A stretch of DNA of 64,000 nt from Candidatus Levyibacteriota bacterium (GCA_050255815.1 JBLMVJ010000019.1:26-64025), one strand, 5' to 3'. Shown: positions 1-9,140, numbered from the stretch's first letter. The notes: generated by a model not told the origin, from the letters alone. Program-made: numbers and translations.

Positions 1-1279
1 ACATGGAAACCAGGATTCCTATTGCCAGCGTCAATGCAAAACCCCGTATCACCCCGCTGCCAAAATAATACAAAATAAATGACGTGATAAGGCTTGAAAT
101 ATTTGAATCCCGTATGGAAGTCCATGCTCTGGTAAAACCTAAAGACTGCGCTACTTCTTTAGTTCTTCCCGCACGCAACTCTTCCCGCATACGTTCAAAA
201 ATCAGAATATTTGCATCAACTGCCATCCCTATTGATAAGATAAATCCGGCTATACCTGCCAGGGTTAATGTTACCGGGATAAACTTAAATATTGCAAGCG
301 TGATAATAACATAAATGATTAAAGCAACTGAAGCCAGTGTTCCCTCTTTCCGGTAAAGATATATCATAAAGATAATAATGGATAAGAACCCCAGAATCCC
401 GGCAAACAAAGACCGTTTTAATGAGTTTATCCCAAGAGAAGGACCTACCGTATTCTGGCCAATGATATGGAGAGGTGCCGGAAGAGCACCCGAATTCAGC
501 TGGATAGAAAGGTTCTTTGCTGTTTGGGTGGTAAAATTCCCGGTAATGACCGCATTTCCGTTCAGGATTTCTGAATTAACCCGCGGTGCCTCTATAACCT
601 GGTTATCCAGAACTATTGCCACCGGTTTTCCCAGATTCCTTTTGGTAATCTCTGCAAATAATTTAGTCCCGTTTGGCGTAAAATCCAGCTGAACCTGCGG
701 CTCAGTGCTTGTTTGACTAAATACGACCTGTGAGCTTTTTAGATCTTTTCCTGTCAAAGATGTCTTAATAGGATTATTGCCTAAGAAAATACTTAAACCA
801 TATGGAAGTTCTGCAGACGGACTTGCCCCTTTTATCTCCGGTCCTTGCTCCCAGAATGAAAGCTGTGCTGTTTTTCCAATCAAGTCTATAGCAGAAGCTA
901 CATTTGAAAGGCCGGGAAGCTCTATGATAACCCTGTATTCATCACCAAGTTTGAGCGTCTGGATAGTAGGTTCTCCAACCCCAAAGAAATTAACCCTGCG
1001 TTCTATGATATTACGCGCGGCATCAAAGGCGCTTTGCCGGTCTGCCGAAGCAATATTTTTCATATCTACCTGGTACGTTAGCTGCGTACCCCCTTGTAAA
1101 TCTAGCCCTAGCTTGTAGGAAAGGCTTTTCTGCAGAGATAGGTTGCCGAGTTTGAGGTTAATATTCTGTGGCGGCACATCCTGTTTGGCAACTTTTATCC
1201 CGGAAGGAAGGTCAAACACAAAAAGTAGTAATGTGGCAATAAAAAGACAAATGATAAATACTTTTGGATTTTTTGACAT
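1..1279 (-). CDS. secD: Protein-export membrane protein SecD (3' partial; runs off window start)
   Basis: ATG at 1279 on minus strand (MSKNPKVFII..). Translation contains SecD periplasmic-domain motifs GLDLQGG and RVNFFGVGEP, then a C-terminal multi-TM region. No stop before window edge. Plus-strand ORFs 84-1118 are antisense artefacts. Confidence 0.85.
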   Translation of the reverse strand, partial: MSKNPKVFIICLFIATLLLFVFDLPSGIKVAKQDVPPQNINLKLGNLSLQKSLSYKLGLDLQGGTQLTYQVDMKNIASADRQSAFDAARNIIERRVNFFGVGEPTIQTLKLGDEYRVIIELPGLSNVASAIDLIGKTAQLSFWEQGPEIKGASPSAELPYGLSIFLGNNPIKTSLTGKDLKSSQVVFSQTSTEPQVQLDFTPNGTKLFAEITKRNLGKPVAIVLDNQVIEAPRVNSEILNGNAVITGNFTTQTAKNLSIQLNSGALPAPLHIIGQNTVGPSLGINSLKRSLFAGILGFLSIIIFMIYLYRKEGTLASVALIIYVIITLAIFKFIPVTLTLAGIAGFILSIGMAVDANILIFERMREELRAGRTKEVAQSLGFTRAWTSIRDSNISSLITSFILYYFGSGVIRGFALTLAIGILVSM

Positions 1280-1282
1280 AGA

Positions 1283-1858
1283 TTAGGAAAGCATACTCTC
1301 CTCATCTCCAATGAGCATAACTCTGGAGCCTGAGATTATAGAAGTAATAAATGGATCCATCCTCTTTTTTCTGAAAACAAATTCCTCCTCTGTCATAACG
1401 GTATAATTAATTTCTTCCCCCCGGCGGGATTCTTCCTGTTTTACCACCAGGGTTAATTCAGGGATAACAATAGTTCCTACTATCAAAAGGTCCACGTCTT
1501 CCGGATTCTCCCTGATCTTCCGGACAAATTTTCCGGAAAGCATGGCATACTTTACCTTCCCTAATTTTACTCTATTTTTAATAATATCTGCACCTAATCC
1601 GCTAGTTTTAGCATGAAGTTTAATTAAATCATAATAAAAAGGATAATTCTTATCTAAATAATAATAGACACGGTTTGCCCGGGGTTCTTTCTGAAGTATT
1701 CCTTTTTTTTCAAGAAGAATAAGCTCTCTTCTTACTGCATTAATCTCTTCGTCAACCCTGCGGACAATCTCACGAACGTGGTACATTTCAGTAAGGTTAT
1801 CTAGAAACAATAGAAGTAATTTAACGCGGGTTTTTGAAGTAATAAGATCTTTTAGCAT
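1283..1858 (-). CDS. Hypothetical protein with N-terminal winged-helix (ArsR/PadR-like) DNA-binding region
   Basis: 191-aa ORF from track. N-terminus KTRVKLLLLFLDNLTEMYHVREIVRRV..ELILLEKKGIL resembles a wHTH. No specific family recognised. Confidence 0.55.
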   Translation of the reverse strand: MLKDLITSKTRVKLLLLFLDNLTEMYHVREIVRRVDEEINAVRRELILLEKKGILQKEPRANRVYYYLDKNYPFYYDLIKLHAKTSGLGADIIKNRVKLGKVKYAMLSGKFVRKIRENPEDVDLLIVGTIVIPELTLVVKQEESRRGEEINYTVMTEEEFVFRKKRMDPFITSIISGSRVMLIGDEESMLS

Positions 1859-1866
1859 AGTACATT

Positions 1867-1905
1867 CTGAGCAGGGGGATTTGAACCATAAGATGATTCA
1901 AATCT
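1867..1905. other. tRNA 3'-half-like fragment / hairpin (GGGGGATTTGAACC..GATTCAAATC); not an intact tRNA
   Basis: Plus strand GGGGGATTTGAACC is the reverse complement of a tRNA T-arm (GGTTCAAATCCCCC). No acceptor 5' strand or anticodon arm can be built. An 8-bp inverted repeat GATTTGAA/TTCAAATC is present. Confidence 0.3.
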
Positions 1906-2033
1906 TTCGAGTAACTAATTGTAACACTTTAAGCTAGATCTGTACAGAGAGAAATTATGGAAGAGGCAAAGAGTCAGAGAGTCAAAGAAAATTTTTTATA
2001 CACAATACTCAATACTTTATACTTGATACTAAT

Positions 2034-3218
2034 TTATTGTACGTTTACGTCCGTTCCTGTGGGAAGCACTTCAAACCAAATCCGTCCGCGGTCAAATTTC
2101 ACTTCCTGGCCTCCTGCAGTTATCTTCAAATGAGCAGTCCTGTTTGCTTTAGACCAGGTAGCCTGCGTTTCTTTCCCATCCATAAATACTATCGCCTTTC
2201 CGGTACCCTTATCTCCATAGAGTAAATGCAGGTTATTCTCATACCCATCATCCGCATTATTTTCCCTCATAAACAGGACCACCACGTTTTTAGTAGAAAG
2301 CTGGGTATTATTATCTTTATCCAAATGCTTTACGCCGCCATTAAATCGAGCGTATGTGTTAGTAACTTTGTCGTACACCCACTTCACTCCATAAGCGGTG
2401 TAGTCTTTCCAAAAGTCAAAAGAAACTGTTTGTGCAGCCGGCCTTTCAGCATTTGCTGCATCATCCTTAAAGGTGTATGGGGTAAAGTCAGTATCCCAGG
2501 ACACTCCTTTTTTATCTACGTTGGTTAGGCCTCTGTCAGCACCAATTTTCCAAAGATTTTGAGTTGTTGAATACATGGTGTGCTCCGTTGCAACCGGATG
2601 CCCTAAGCGGTCCGGATCACGCCAGTATGTAGGAAATCCTATGGCAAATTGGTTTAAATCATTGTATAAACTCCAACCGTAGGTGTCTATTTGCCCCAGT
2701 GCGTCTGCCGGTCCTGGCATATTTGCACCGCCTACATGCGCATAAAGAGGGCTATCACCGTATTCAGAAATAAAGTCCACAAAATAGGTCCTGGCAGAGC
2801 GTACCGGACCTACCGTTCCGGCATCCTGACAATAAAACACAACCAAGAAACGGGTAATACCGCCTTCCGCTACTGCTTCATACACTATATCTGAAGAGGA
2901 AATGCCTGATTGGGGACGGGCGTCTTCATGGTTTTCTATCATAACCCCCAACGGCCTATGCTTCTCCCACCACTGCCGCTGCTGACTGGAATACATAGCT
3001 CCATTCAGCGGACAAGCCTCTGTCTTAGGGAGGGCATCATCAAACACTACTTTCCCGTCTTTGCTGCCACCTACAACTTTTGGCTGGGCAACCGGTGTTT
3101 TAACTATCCCGGTAGACTGCAGGATTGAGGTGTTTGCAAACACAAAATAAGAAATCAGCGCAGAAACCACAAACAAACCAACAGAGATAAGAATTATATT
3201 TTTTTGGGTCTTCTTCAT
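2034..3218 (-). CDS. DUF3048-like secreted/membrane-anchored protein
   Basis: 394 aa with N-terminal TM/signal. Segment RPLGVMIENHEDARPQSGISSSDIVYEAVAEGGITRFLVVF matches the DUF3048 (YerB-like) signature as I recall it. Confidence 0.6.
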   Translation of the reverse strand: MKKTQKNIILISVGLFVVSALISYFVFANTSILQSTGIVKTPVAQPKVVGGSKDGKVVFDDALPKTEACPLNGAMYSSQQRQWWEKHRPLGVMIENHEDARPQSGISSSDIVYEAVAEGGITRFLVVFYCQDAGTVGPVRSARTYFVDFISEYGDSPLYAHVGGANMPGPADALGQIDTYGWSLYNDLNQFAIGFPTYWRDPDRLGHPVATEHTMYSTTQNLWKIGADRGLTNVDKKGVSWDTDFTPYTFKDDAANAERPAAQTVSFDFWKDYTAYGVKWVYDKVTNTYARFNGGVKHLDKDNNTQLSTKNVVVLFMRENNADDGYENNLHLLYGDKGTGKAIVFMDGKETQATWSKANRTAHLKITAGGQEVKFDRGRIWFEVLPTGTDVNVQ

Positions 3219-3276
3219 TTTTTATTTTTCGAGCTTCATTGAAATAAAAATACAAATCAAGTCCTCAAGTGAGAAA

Positions 3277-3334
3277 AATACCGGGAGTCTCTGGCAAGTC
3301 CCGACGTGTCGGGGCACGCCAAGAGTTAACGGTA
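3277..3334. repeat. Bipartite conserved intergenic element, copy 1 (22-nt AATACCGGGAGTCTCTGGCAAG + 18-nt variable + 18-nt CGCCAAGAGTTAACGGTA)
   Basis: Exact 22-nt and 18-nt flank matches to copy 2 at 17303-17360. Variable 18-nt core forms hairpin CCCGAC-gt-GTCGGG. Flanks can pair (CUCUGGC / GCCaAGAG). Upstream TTTTTCGAGC box at 3225-3234 is also shared. Confidence 0.5.
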
Positions 3335-3341
3335 AATTTTC

Positions 3342-3803
3342 CTACAACCTTTTTGCGCTCTTCAGGGCCTGCTCTTCCTCTTTTGATAACTCATAATCTC
3401 CACCTTTCCCTCTTACCACATTTTTTGCATACCATCTGGTACCGCTTCTGGTATGTAAACTTGAAATAAGGACACCGGTATCATTTGCGTCAACCAAAGC
3501 CAAAATAAAACTCTGGTCACCACCGGTATCCTTAAACGGATTAAAACGCAAAAGGCCTACCTTTTGGATATGAAGAAGGCCTTCTTTTTCTAGTTTATCA
3601 CACGTCTTCACCAAAAGGTCAAGAGTTTTTTTCATCTCCTGCTGGTCTGAGGTAAAAGCATCTAAAAATTTCACCAAAGATTCTTTTTTACCTCCTTTAA
3701 CTAACCGGGAATAATAGGTATAAAACTGGAAGAAGAGGAAACTTAAAATGGCGTTCCAAACAAGAAAAACGGCAAAAATAATGAGAATAAGTGGACTGGG
3801 CAT
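3342..3803 (-). CDS. DUF4446-like small membrane-anchored protein
   Basis: 153 aa with N-terminal TM helix then soluble domain. Family call is from memory of the DUF4446 shape, so weak. Confidence 0.5.
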   Translation of the reverse strand: MPSPLILIIFAVFLVWNAILSFLFFQFYTYYSRLVKGGKKESLVKFLDAFTSDQQEMKKTLDLLVKTCDKLEKEGLLHIQKVGLLRFNPFKDTGGDQSFILALVDANDTGVLISSLHTRSGTRWYAKNVVRGKGGDYELSKEEEQALKSAKRL

Positions 3804-4005
3804 GGATTTAGTTTAGGCTTTAAATTCAAAACGAAAGCGTTTTTTTAGCTTCTTTTGATAATTTTAGCCTCTTGACACGATCAAGTCAATATGATACTTT
3901 TTGTTTCATGAATGTAATCGTGCTCAATGAGGCATAAAATACATTCAGAATAATTCTCTATCATTGGACTAATAACTCAATAAAATTATCCAATGACTCT
4001 CTATC

Positions 4006-4296
4006 ATGAGTAAAAAAAGGAAAACAAGAAAAGAAAAAATCTTAACCGGATTAAGAAAACAAAACACTTCCTTTGAGAGCTCTTCCCCCACATATTCCTT
4101 TGACGTTTCAAAATCAACTTCAAGGCCTATCCCTCCTATTATTCCGGACGCTCATTCTTCTACTCTTTCTTATGCTTATGTTGGTAAAGATGTCAGAAGA
4201 ACATTTTATGTAACATCTTTTCTTGCAGGCGCAAGCATGGTTCTTTACCTTCTCATGCAAAATCACATTATTAGACTAACTGTATTCGGATACTGA
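4006..4296 (+). CDS. Small hypothetical protein with C-terminal hydrophobic segment
   Basis: 96-aa ORF preceded by TTGACA-N16-ATACTT promoter-like sequence at ~3867-3894 and followed by hairpin CCTTCACCC-UUCG-GGGTTCAGG at 4316-4342. No SD. Low coding confidence. Confidence 0.3.
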   Translation: MSKKRKTRKEKILTGLRKQNTSFESSSPTYSFDVSKSTSRPIPPIIPDAHSSTLSYAYVGKDVRRTFYVTSFLAGASMVLYLLMQNHIIRLTVFGY

Positions 4297-4399
4297 ATAT
4301 TTTAGAAAAAGTTGTCCTTCACCCTTCGGGGTTCAGGATCAATCATTTTTTTCTATTATATTTAAGTTGACGAAAAAATGATTGGAGGTGACTTAAATT

Positions 4400-4543
4400 A
4401 TGGCAAGCATGTACTGTGTAAAATGTAGAGCAAAAAGAGAAGATGCAAATGCAACTGCTGTTACTATGAAAAATGGTAAACCAGCAATGAAAGGAAAATG
4501 CCCAGTTTGCGGAACAGCAATGTTCAAGATTGGAGCAAAATAA
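4400..4543 (+). CDS. DUF5679-like small zinc-ribbon protein (47 aa)
   Basis: Not in ORF track (under 60 aa). SD TGGAGGTGA 8 nt upstream of ATG. Translation is MASMYCVKCRAKREDANATAVTMKNGKPAMKGKCPVCGTAMFKIGAK with CxxC..CxxC. Typical of the small Zn-ribbon proteins common in CPR genomes. Confidence 0.7.
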   Translation: MASMYCVKCRAKREDANATAVTMKNGKPAMKGKCPVCGTAMFKIGAK

Positions 4544-4569
4544 AGTTTCTCTAATTTGCGAAAAAACCC

Positions 4570-4635
4570 AAAAACCCGATATTCAAATGTTACTTTGATT
4601 TTTGGAGGAACATTTAATGGTCGGGTTTTTGTTTA
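4570..4635 (+). terminator. Intrinsic terminator-like nested hairpin downstream of DUF5679 gene
   Basis: Outer stem AAAAACCCGA(4570-4579)/TCGGGTTTTT(4621-4630). Inner stem AAATGTT(4585-4591)/AACATTT(4609-4615). Followed by U-rich TTTTTGTTTATCTT. A GGAGG-ATG mini-ORF lies inside (see rejected). Confidence 0.45.
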
Positions 4636-4674
4636 TCTTGATTTTACTTTCAGGATATGTAAAAGTTTAAATAC

Positions 4675-6222
4675 GTGGAAATTGCAGAAATACCACCTCT
4701 TAAACCAGATCCTCTCTATAAAGAGCATCAACCGATTCCTCTGAAAGGCAGAATAATAACGTCTATCCATGGTCATGAAATAACACAGGACACCTCCCTC
4801 CCCTTTAGGGGTTTCACTGAAAACGACCCTGACCATCCAGTATTTTCTGTTGCTGCTCACGATCCTGCAGCCACTTCTGGAATGGTTCTTGAGCAAGTAA
4901 GTAGACATCATGGTAGAGCTTTGGAAGTAAAATATGGAGAAAAACCAATTGCTCTGTGGTCGGATAATGAAGGGTTTATATATGGTTCTCTCAATCTAAA
5001 AGGGAATAATTTTACAGATCCTCACGTTGAGAAAGACAAACACTTCCAGAGCGGTTTTAAAACGATTGGGCTCCAAGAAGGAATTGTCATATGGGATACG
5101 ATAAAAGCATCAGAAGCTATGAGGAAAGCTGGGGTTGAAACAGAAAAAACAGAGGCTGTAGTCCTTTTAGAAGAAGGTATACAAAACGGAGAAGCAGTAC
5201 CAATGGATAAATTTAAAAAAGGACTATTAACGCGTGCTCTTTCGGATTCCCAACGGAAAGATATGTCTCCTTTTGGAGAACGTTCACTTCCTGAACTCAG
5301 CGACATTGCTCGTCTTCAAACATACGTGAGTCAGGCTGAATTCTATATTACTCAACGAGCACTTCAGGTACCTGAACGGTTAAGAGATTTAAAAGAGGTA
5401 AAAACAAAAGAAGGATTTGAAAAACTTATGAGAAGAGTGTTTGCGTTTGTAAATGCACGCGAGAAAATTGAGGCAAAAAGAGAAGGAAGAGAGCCTCAAG
5501 TTTTCAATGCTCTGAATCCGGAGGACATAAATAGCTACTTTGGCACTTTTCTTCCTCAAAGGATGGCAAAAAACATTGGCCGCATGCATGTTGCCGGATT
5601 AACACACCATTTTCTAACTGACCATAATGTTTCTTTGGCCGGAAGCATCTATGACTTAGACAGTATGACAGGGGAAGCATTGGGAGATAAAGGAATTCCA
5701 ACTCCTAAGGAAGACCTCAATGAATTAATAGGTAATCTTATAGACGTATATGGCTTATCTGGAAATAAGGTAAAATCAGGAAGCTATTTTAGCAATGTAA
5801 TAGGACCAGACGTTGCGGATCAATTCTTTGACGCATTTATCCCTAGTTATCTTGATACTGTCTGGAGTACATTTGATATTCAGGAAGAAAAAACCAGATT
5901 AACAGAAGAAATAAGACAAGGAGTGCCTGAGATAATGAAAGAATTTCCTGGAAAATCCAAAGATGAGGTAAGAAAAATATTACATGAAGAAGATGCTGAC
6001 CTTGTTATGAATGAGATTAAAGAGTGTGTACGTCTTGATATAGCCTTATGGATAAGTAAATTTTTTGATAATAAATCTATTGTTGAAAACCAATTACGAA
6101 ACATGGCACAGATAAAAGCACAATCAACAATAGCAATGTTAGGTGAAGAATACTTTCAAAACCTTAGAGAAAAATTCATAAATCTTGATGACTCTCCAGT
6201 TGAGGATTCTACAGATTCATAA
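4675..6222 (+). CDS. Hypothetical soluble acidic protein (515 aa), no recognisable family
   Basis: Long uninterrupted ORF. First in-frame start is GTG at 4675 (no ATG until codon ~68, no SD). Converges on the ArnT-like gene with a 5-nt gap. Confidence 0.6.
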   Translation: MEIAEIPPLKPDPLYKEHQPIPLKGRIITSIHGHEITQDTSLPFRGFTENDPDHPVFSVAAHDPAATSGMVLEQVSRHHGRALEVKYGEKPIALWSDNEGFIYGSLNLKGNNFTDPHVEKDKHFQSGFKTIGLQEGIVIWDTIKASEAMRKAGVETEKTEAVVLLEEGIQNGEAVPMDKFKKGLLTRALSDSQRKDMSPFGERSLPELSDIARLQTYVSQAEFYITQRALQVPERLRDLKEVKTKEGFEKLMRRVFAFVNAREKIEAKREGREPQVFNALNPEDINSYFGTFLPQRMAKNIGRMHVAGLTHHFLTDHNVSLAGSIYDLDSMTGEALGDKGIPTPKEDLNELIGNLIDVYGLSGNKVKSGSYFSNVIGPDVADQFFDAFIPSYLDTVWSTFDIQEEKTRLTEEIRQGVPEIMKEFPGKSKDEVRKILHEEDADLVMNEIKECVRLDIALWISKFFDNKSIVENQLRNMAQIKAQSTIAMLGEEYFQNLREKFINLDDSPVEDSTDS

Positions 6223-6227
6223 ACCTT

Positions 6228-7904
6228 CTAGAAATCACACGTCTTTCCGGGAGAACATGTAAGGCTTTTTGCAATGTGGATAAGACGGTATACTTTCAAT
6301 ACTGACACATTCCACTCCCCGGCAATCTCTGCCTGTCCAAATCCTGCCACCTCCCATAAAGGATACCCCAACGGATGGCACGGCACTGATTCGCACACAA
6401 TCAACAGCTGGTCTGTTATAGTTTTTCTTTCAGGGTCTGCACCTGGAAATTGAATAGTTACCGGCGGCTTATTTACCCGTTCAAAAAAGAACCTATACGC
6501 AAAATCAGAATTGCCTCCACTGGAAATTACTGCAAAGTTATAGGGCTTTCCGCCGGTTTTTGCTAATACAAACTCTGAGATATCCTGCACCTGCTTCAGC
6601 TGGTCATTTGGCGTGGAAGTTCTGGGGTATGAAAAAAGGGTATTAAAAAGAGACGGGTTGTATCCTATATAATCTTGTGGGAATGTAATTGGTCTAAAAT
6701 ATATATTCAGCCAAATTCCAAAAGCCACTAATACCAGCACCGAAACGACCACAATTCTTCCTTTTTTCAATAATGGTGATAACAGTGAAGCTAATAAGAT
6801 AAAGGGGACCGGAAAAACTATGCCCAGGTAATAATCATAGATAGATTTTTTATAAAAGCCAAACAGAAAGACAGTCAACATCAACCACAAGACAAGCAGA
6901 AGGGAAAAATACATATTTTTTTCTTTCTTCCTGTAGCTATGAACTATTTTGATTATGATATAAACCAGTGATCCAATACCTATAAGATAAGCTGCTAATG
7001 ACCAGATAGAAATAATATTGGATGAAAAGAAATGCATGTCTTCAGGCTTTGGAAAAGATAGTAAAAGCCTTCCAAAAATCCTTAAGAACACATCCTGGGC
7101 AGTTGCCATAAATTTAGTATTGTTTCCGGTATCTCCTGAGGTAAAAACAAAGGTGAGGATACTTCTTATATTTGGAAATCCATGGCGTACTTCAAATGCC
7201 AGGAAAGGTGACCAGCCCACTAATGTCCCCAGGGCAAATAGCACATACCTCATGAGAAGAGTAAGAATGCGGTGACTCAATTGCGTTTTTGTTTGAACAA
7301 AAGTTGTAGCTAAAAGGTAAAAGAATACCACTACCCCCAAAAAAGTAGATAGATAATGCAGCTGCAGTAAGATGCCAAAAAGTACACCTGCTAACATCAA
7401 TTTTGGAACGGATTTATTCATGACGGCATGGGACAAAAGGTACATCATAAGAAGAGAAAAGAACGGCACTACGTTGGGATTCCAGGAGGAACGGGAATAG
7501 GTTATAACTAACGGCGATATTGCATATAATAATGAAGCTATCAACGCTGGTATGTATCCAAAGTTATCTTTTGTAATCTGATACACCAGCCAAACAGTAG
7601 CAATCCCTACTAAAGCAACCATGACTGCCGGTCCCACCGGATTATAATTAAATAACCATAAAAACGGTGCCATGAAGTAATAATAGATAGGACCCAGAAA
7701 AAATCCGCCTACAGAAGCAGTGGGGCCCAGAAGCGTCAAGTCCCCCCGTAAAATATGCATTGCAACCAGTACGTCCCGCCCTTCATCCCCCAAAAAAGTC
7801 AGATAAGCACCTATGCGGTAGAAACGCATAAAAGCAGCAAGAAAAAGAACTAGGATGATGGGAATATTTTCTTTTTTAATAATGGATCTTAACAAATTCA
7901 GCAT
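6228..7904 (-). CDS. GT-C fold glycosyltransferase, ArnT/PMT (GT39/GT83) family
   Basis: ~11 TM N-terminal region with early FLGDEGRD (DE motif) typical of ArnT/PMT_2 polyprenyl-phosphate-sugar transferases. Start moved to MLNLLRSII (7904), 14 nt after the upstream stop; the track ORF extends to 7964. Confidence 0.8.
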   Translation of the reverse strand: MLNLLRSIIKKENIPIILVLFLAAFMRFYRIGAYLTFLGDEGRDVLVAMHILRGDLTLLGPTASVGGFFLGPIYYYFMAPFLWLFNYNPVGPAVMVALVGIATVWLVYQITKDNFGYIPALIASLLYAISPLVITYSRSSWNPNVVPFFSLLMMYLLSHAVMNKSVPKLMLAGVLFGILLQLHYLSTFLGVVVFFYLLATTFVQTKTQLSHRILTLLMRYVLFALGTLVGWSPFLAFEVRHGFPNIRSILTFVFTSGDTGNNTKFMATAQDVFLRIFGRLLLSFPKPEDMHFFSSNIISIWSLAAYLIGIGSLVYIIIKIVHSYRKKEKNMYFSLLLVLWLMLTVFLFGFYKKSIYDYYLGIVFPVPFILLASLLSPLLKKGRIVVVSVLVLVAFGIWLNIYFRPITFPQDYIGYNPSLFNTLFSYPRTSTPNDQLKQVQDISEFVLAKTGGKPYNFAVISSGGNSDFAYRFFFERVNKPPVTIQFPGADPERKTITDQLLIVCESVPCHPLGYPLWEVAGFGQAEIAGEWNVSVLKVYRLIHIAKSLTCSPGKTCDF

Positions 7905-7917
7905 AATGAGGAATTCG

Positions 7918-9078
7918 TTACTTCTTCGGGTGTTTCTTCCAGATGAACATGCTGTACATAACAAAATTCCAAATAAGCAGAAGTCCGGTCCCTATTACAA
8001 AGTAAATATAATAGTATTTAACAGGCAAAATAACCCTTAACACTCCTTCTCCAATAAATCTGTCTCCCAGGAAAATTGTTCCGGTCTGGATAAAGATAAC
8101 GCCAAATACTGATGTGAGGTAAAATTGTGCCATCTTAATAAAGTATTGGGTTACCCCATGTACCTTATTCTCTTTAAATGTCCAAATATTATTAAAGTTA
8201 TAGTTGGAAAAAATTGCAACAGCAGCACCCACTAAATTGGCTATAGAGTGGTCAAAATGGTACGTATCAGACAAGACTTTTAAAATAACAAAATTAATAA
8301 CAAAACCTATGCCTCCTACCACTAAAAACTTCCCAAACTTCCCGAAAATAAGCTCTTTAATCCGCGCGCTTATCACAAAATAAAGGACATCAATGATATA
8401 GCCTAACGGAGCAATTTTGGACTGGCCCAGCTTTCTGTCAGAAAAATGGAACGGCACTTCCCCTATCCGGAACCCATCCGCAATTGCCATATGAAGAAAT
8501 GCAATCTGGAATATGTATCCGTTGTAGCCGGAAAGCTTTTCTCTTTCTTTGAGAAATACTTCTTTTTTAAGTGCACGGTAACCACCTGTCCAATCATGCA
8601 CCCCAAACTTCATGAAAATAGTACGCACCAAAATATTTGCTACTATAGAGAACATTTTCCGCTGTGGCGGCCAATTTTGGGGAATTGATCCTCCACCACT
8701 ATAACGCGTCCCTATTACCATATCTGAACCCTCATCAATTTTGTCTAAAAAGGCAGGAATTTTTTCCGGGTCATGCTGACCGTCAGCATCCATTTCAAAG
8801 ACCACATCCGCTCCCATGTGCTCTATGGCATAATTCATACCGCGGATGTAAGCCGCTCCCAGACCATTTTTATGGCCGGAGCTGACATCCAAATTTTTAT
8901 ACTTTTTCATCAAATGCCTCACGGCATCTTCAGTCCCGTCCGGGGAAGAGTCGTCAGCCACTAATATGCTCATTTTATGGTTTTTTACTTTCGGGAAAAC
9001 TTCTTCTTCCAGCAGAGGAATCAATTTTTCTATATTCTCTTTTTCGTTATAGGTAGGAAGGATCACAACAGCGTGCAT
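7918..9078 (-). CDS. GT2 polyprenol-phosphate glycosyltransferase (DPM1/ArnC-like) fused to C-terminal GtrA-like 4-TM domain
   Basis: N-terminus VVILPTYNEKENI and DAD/MDADGQHDP motifs typical of GT2 dolichyl/undecaprenyl-phosphate sugar synthases. C-terminal ~120 aa is hydrophobic and GtrA-like. Confidence 0.85.
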   Translation of the reverse strand: MHAVVILPTYNEKENIEKLIPLLEEEVFPKVKNHKMSILVADDSSPDGTEDAVRHLMKKYKNLDVSSGHKNGLGAAYIRGMNYAIEHMGADVVFEMDADGQHDPEKIPAFLDKIDEGSDMVIGTRYSGGGSIPQNWPPQRKMFSIVANILVRTIFMKFGVHDWTGGYRALKKEVFLKEREKLSGYNGYIFQIAFLHMAIADGFRIGEVPFHFSDRKLGQSKIAPLGYIIDVLYFVISARIKELIFGKFGKFLVVGGIGFVINFVILKVLSDTYHFDHSIANLVGAAVAIFSNYNFNNIWTFKENKVHGVTQYFIKMAQFYLTSVFGVIFIQTGTIFLGDRFIGEGVLRVILPVKYYYIYFVIGTGLLLIWNFVMYSMFIWKKHPKK

Positions 9079-9140
9079 GTTTTTAGTTTACCGTATTTAT
9101 ATAGAAAATGCCACTTAAATTAAGCTGATAAATGTGGGGA

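Noticed and set aside
84-1118. Three plus-strand ORFs (84-314, 378-692, 777-1118)
   Set aside because: They lie antisense to the continuous minus-strand secD reading frame. Their translations are low-complexity and lack motifs.
1867-1950. Intact tRNA gene on the minus strand
   Set aside because: Only the T-loop and 3' acceptor side are recognisable. The T-stem has 2 bp, and no acceptor 5' strand, D-arm or anticodon arm can be formed.
3225-3345. Bipartite element as SRP RNA, 5S rRNA or a small protein gene
   Set aside because: No GGAAGGAAGCAGC-type SRP domain IV and no 5S consensus. Neither strand has a conserved start codon or ORF across the two copies.
4617-4670. 17-aa hydrophobic mini-ORF MVGFLFILILLSGYVKV with GGAGG SD
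   Set aside because: It sits entirely inside the nested terminator-like hairpin after the DUF5679 gene. Its codons 2-5 are the 3' arm of the stem. More likely this is structural RNA than a gene.
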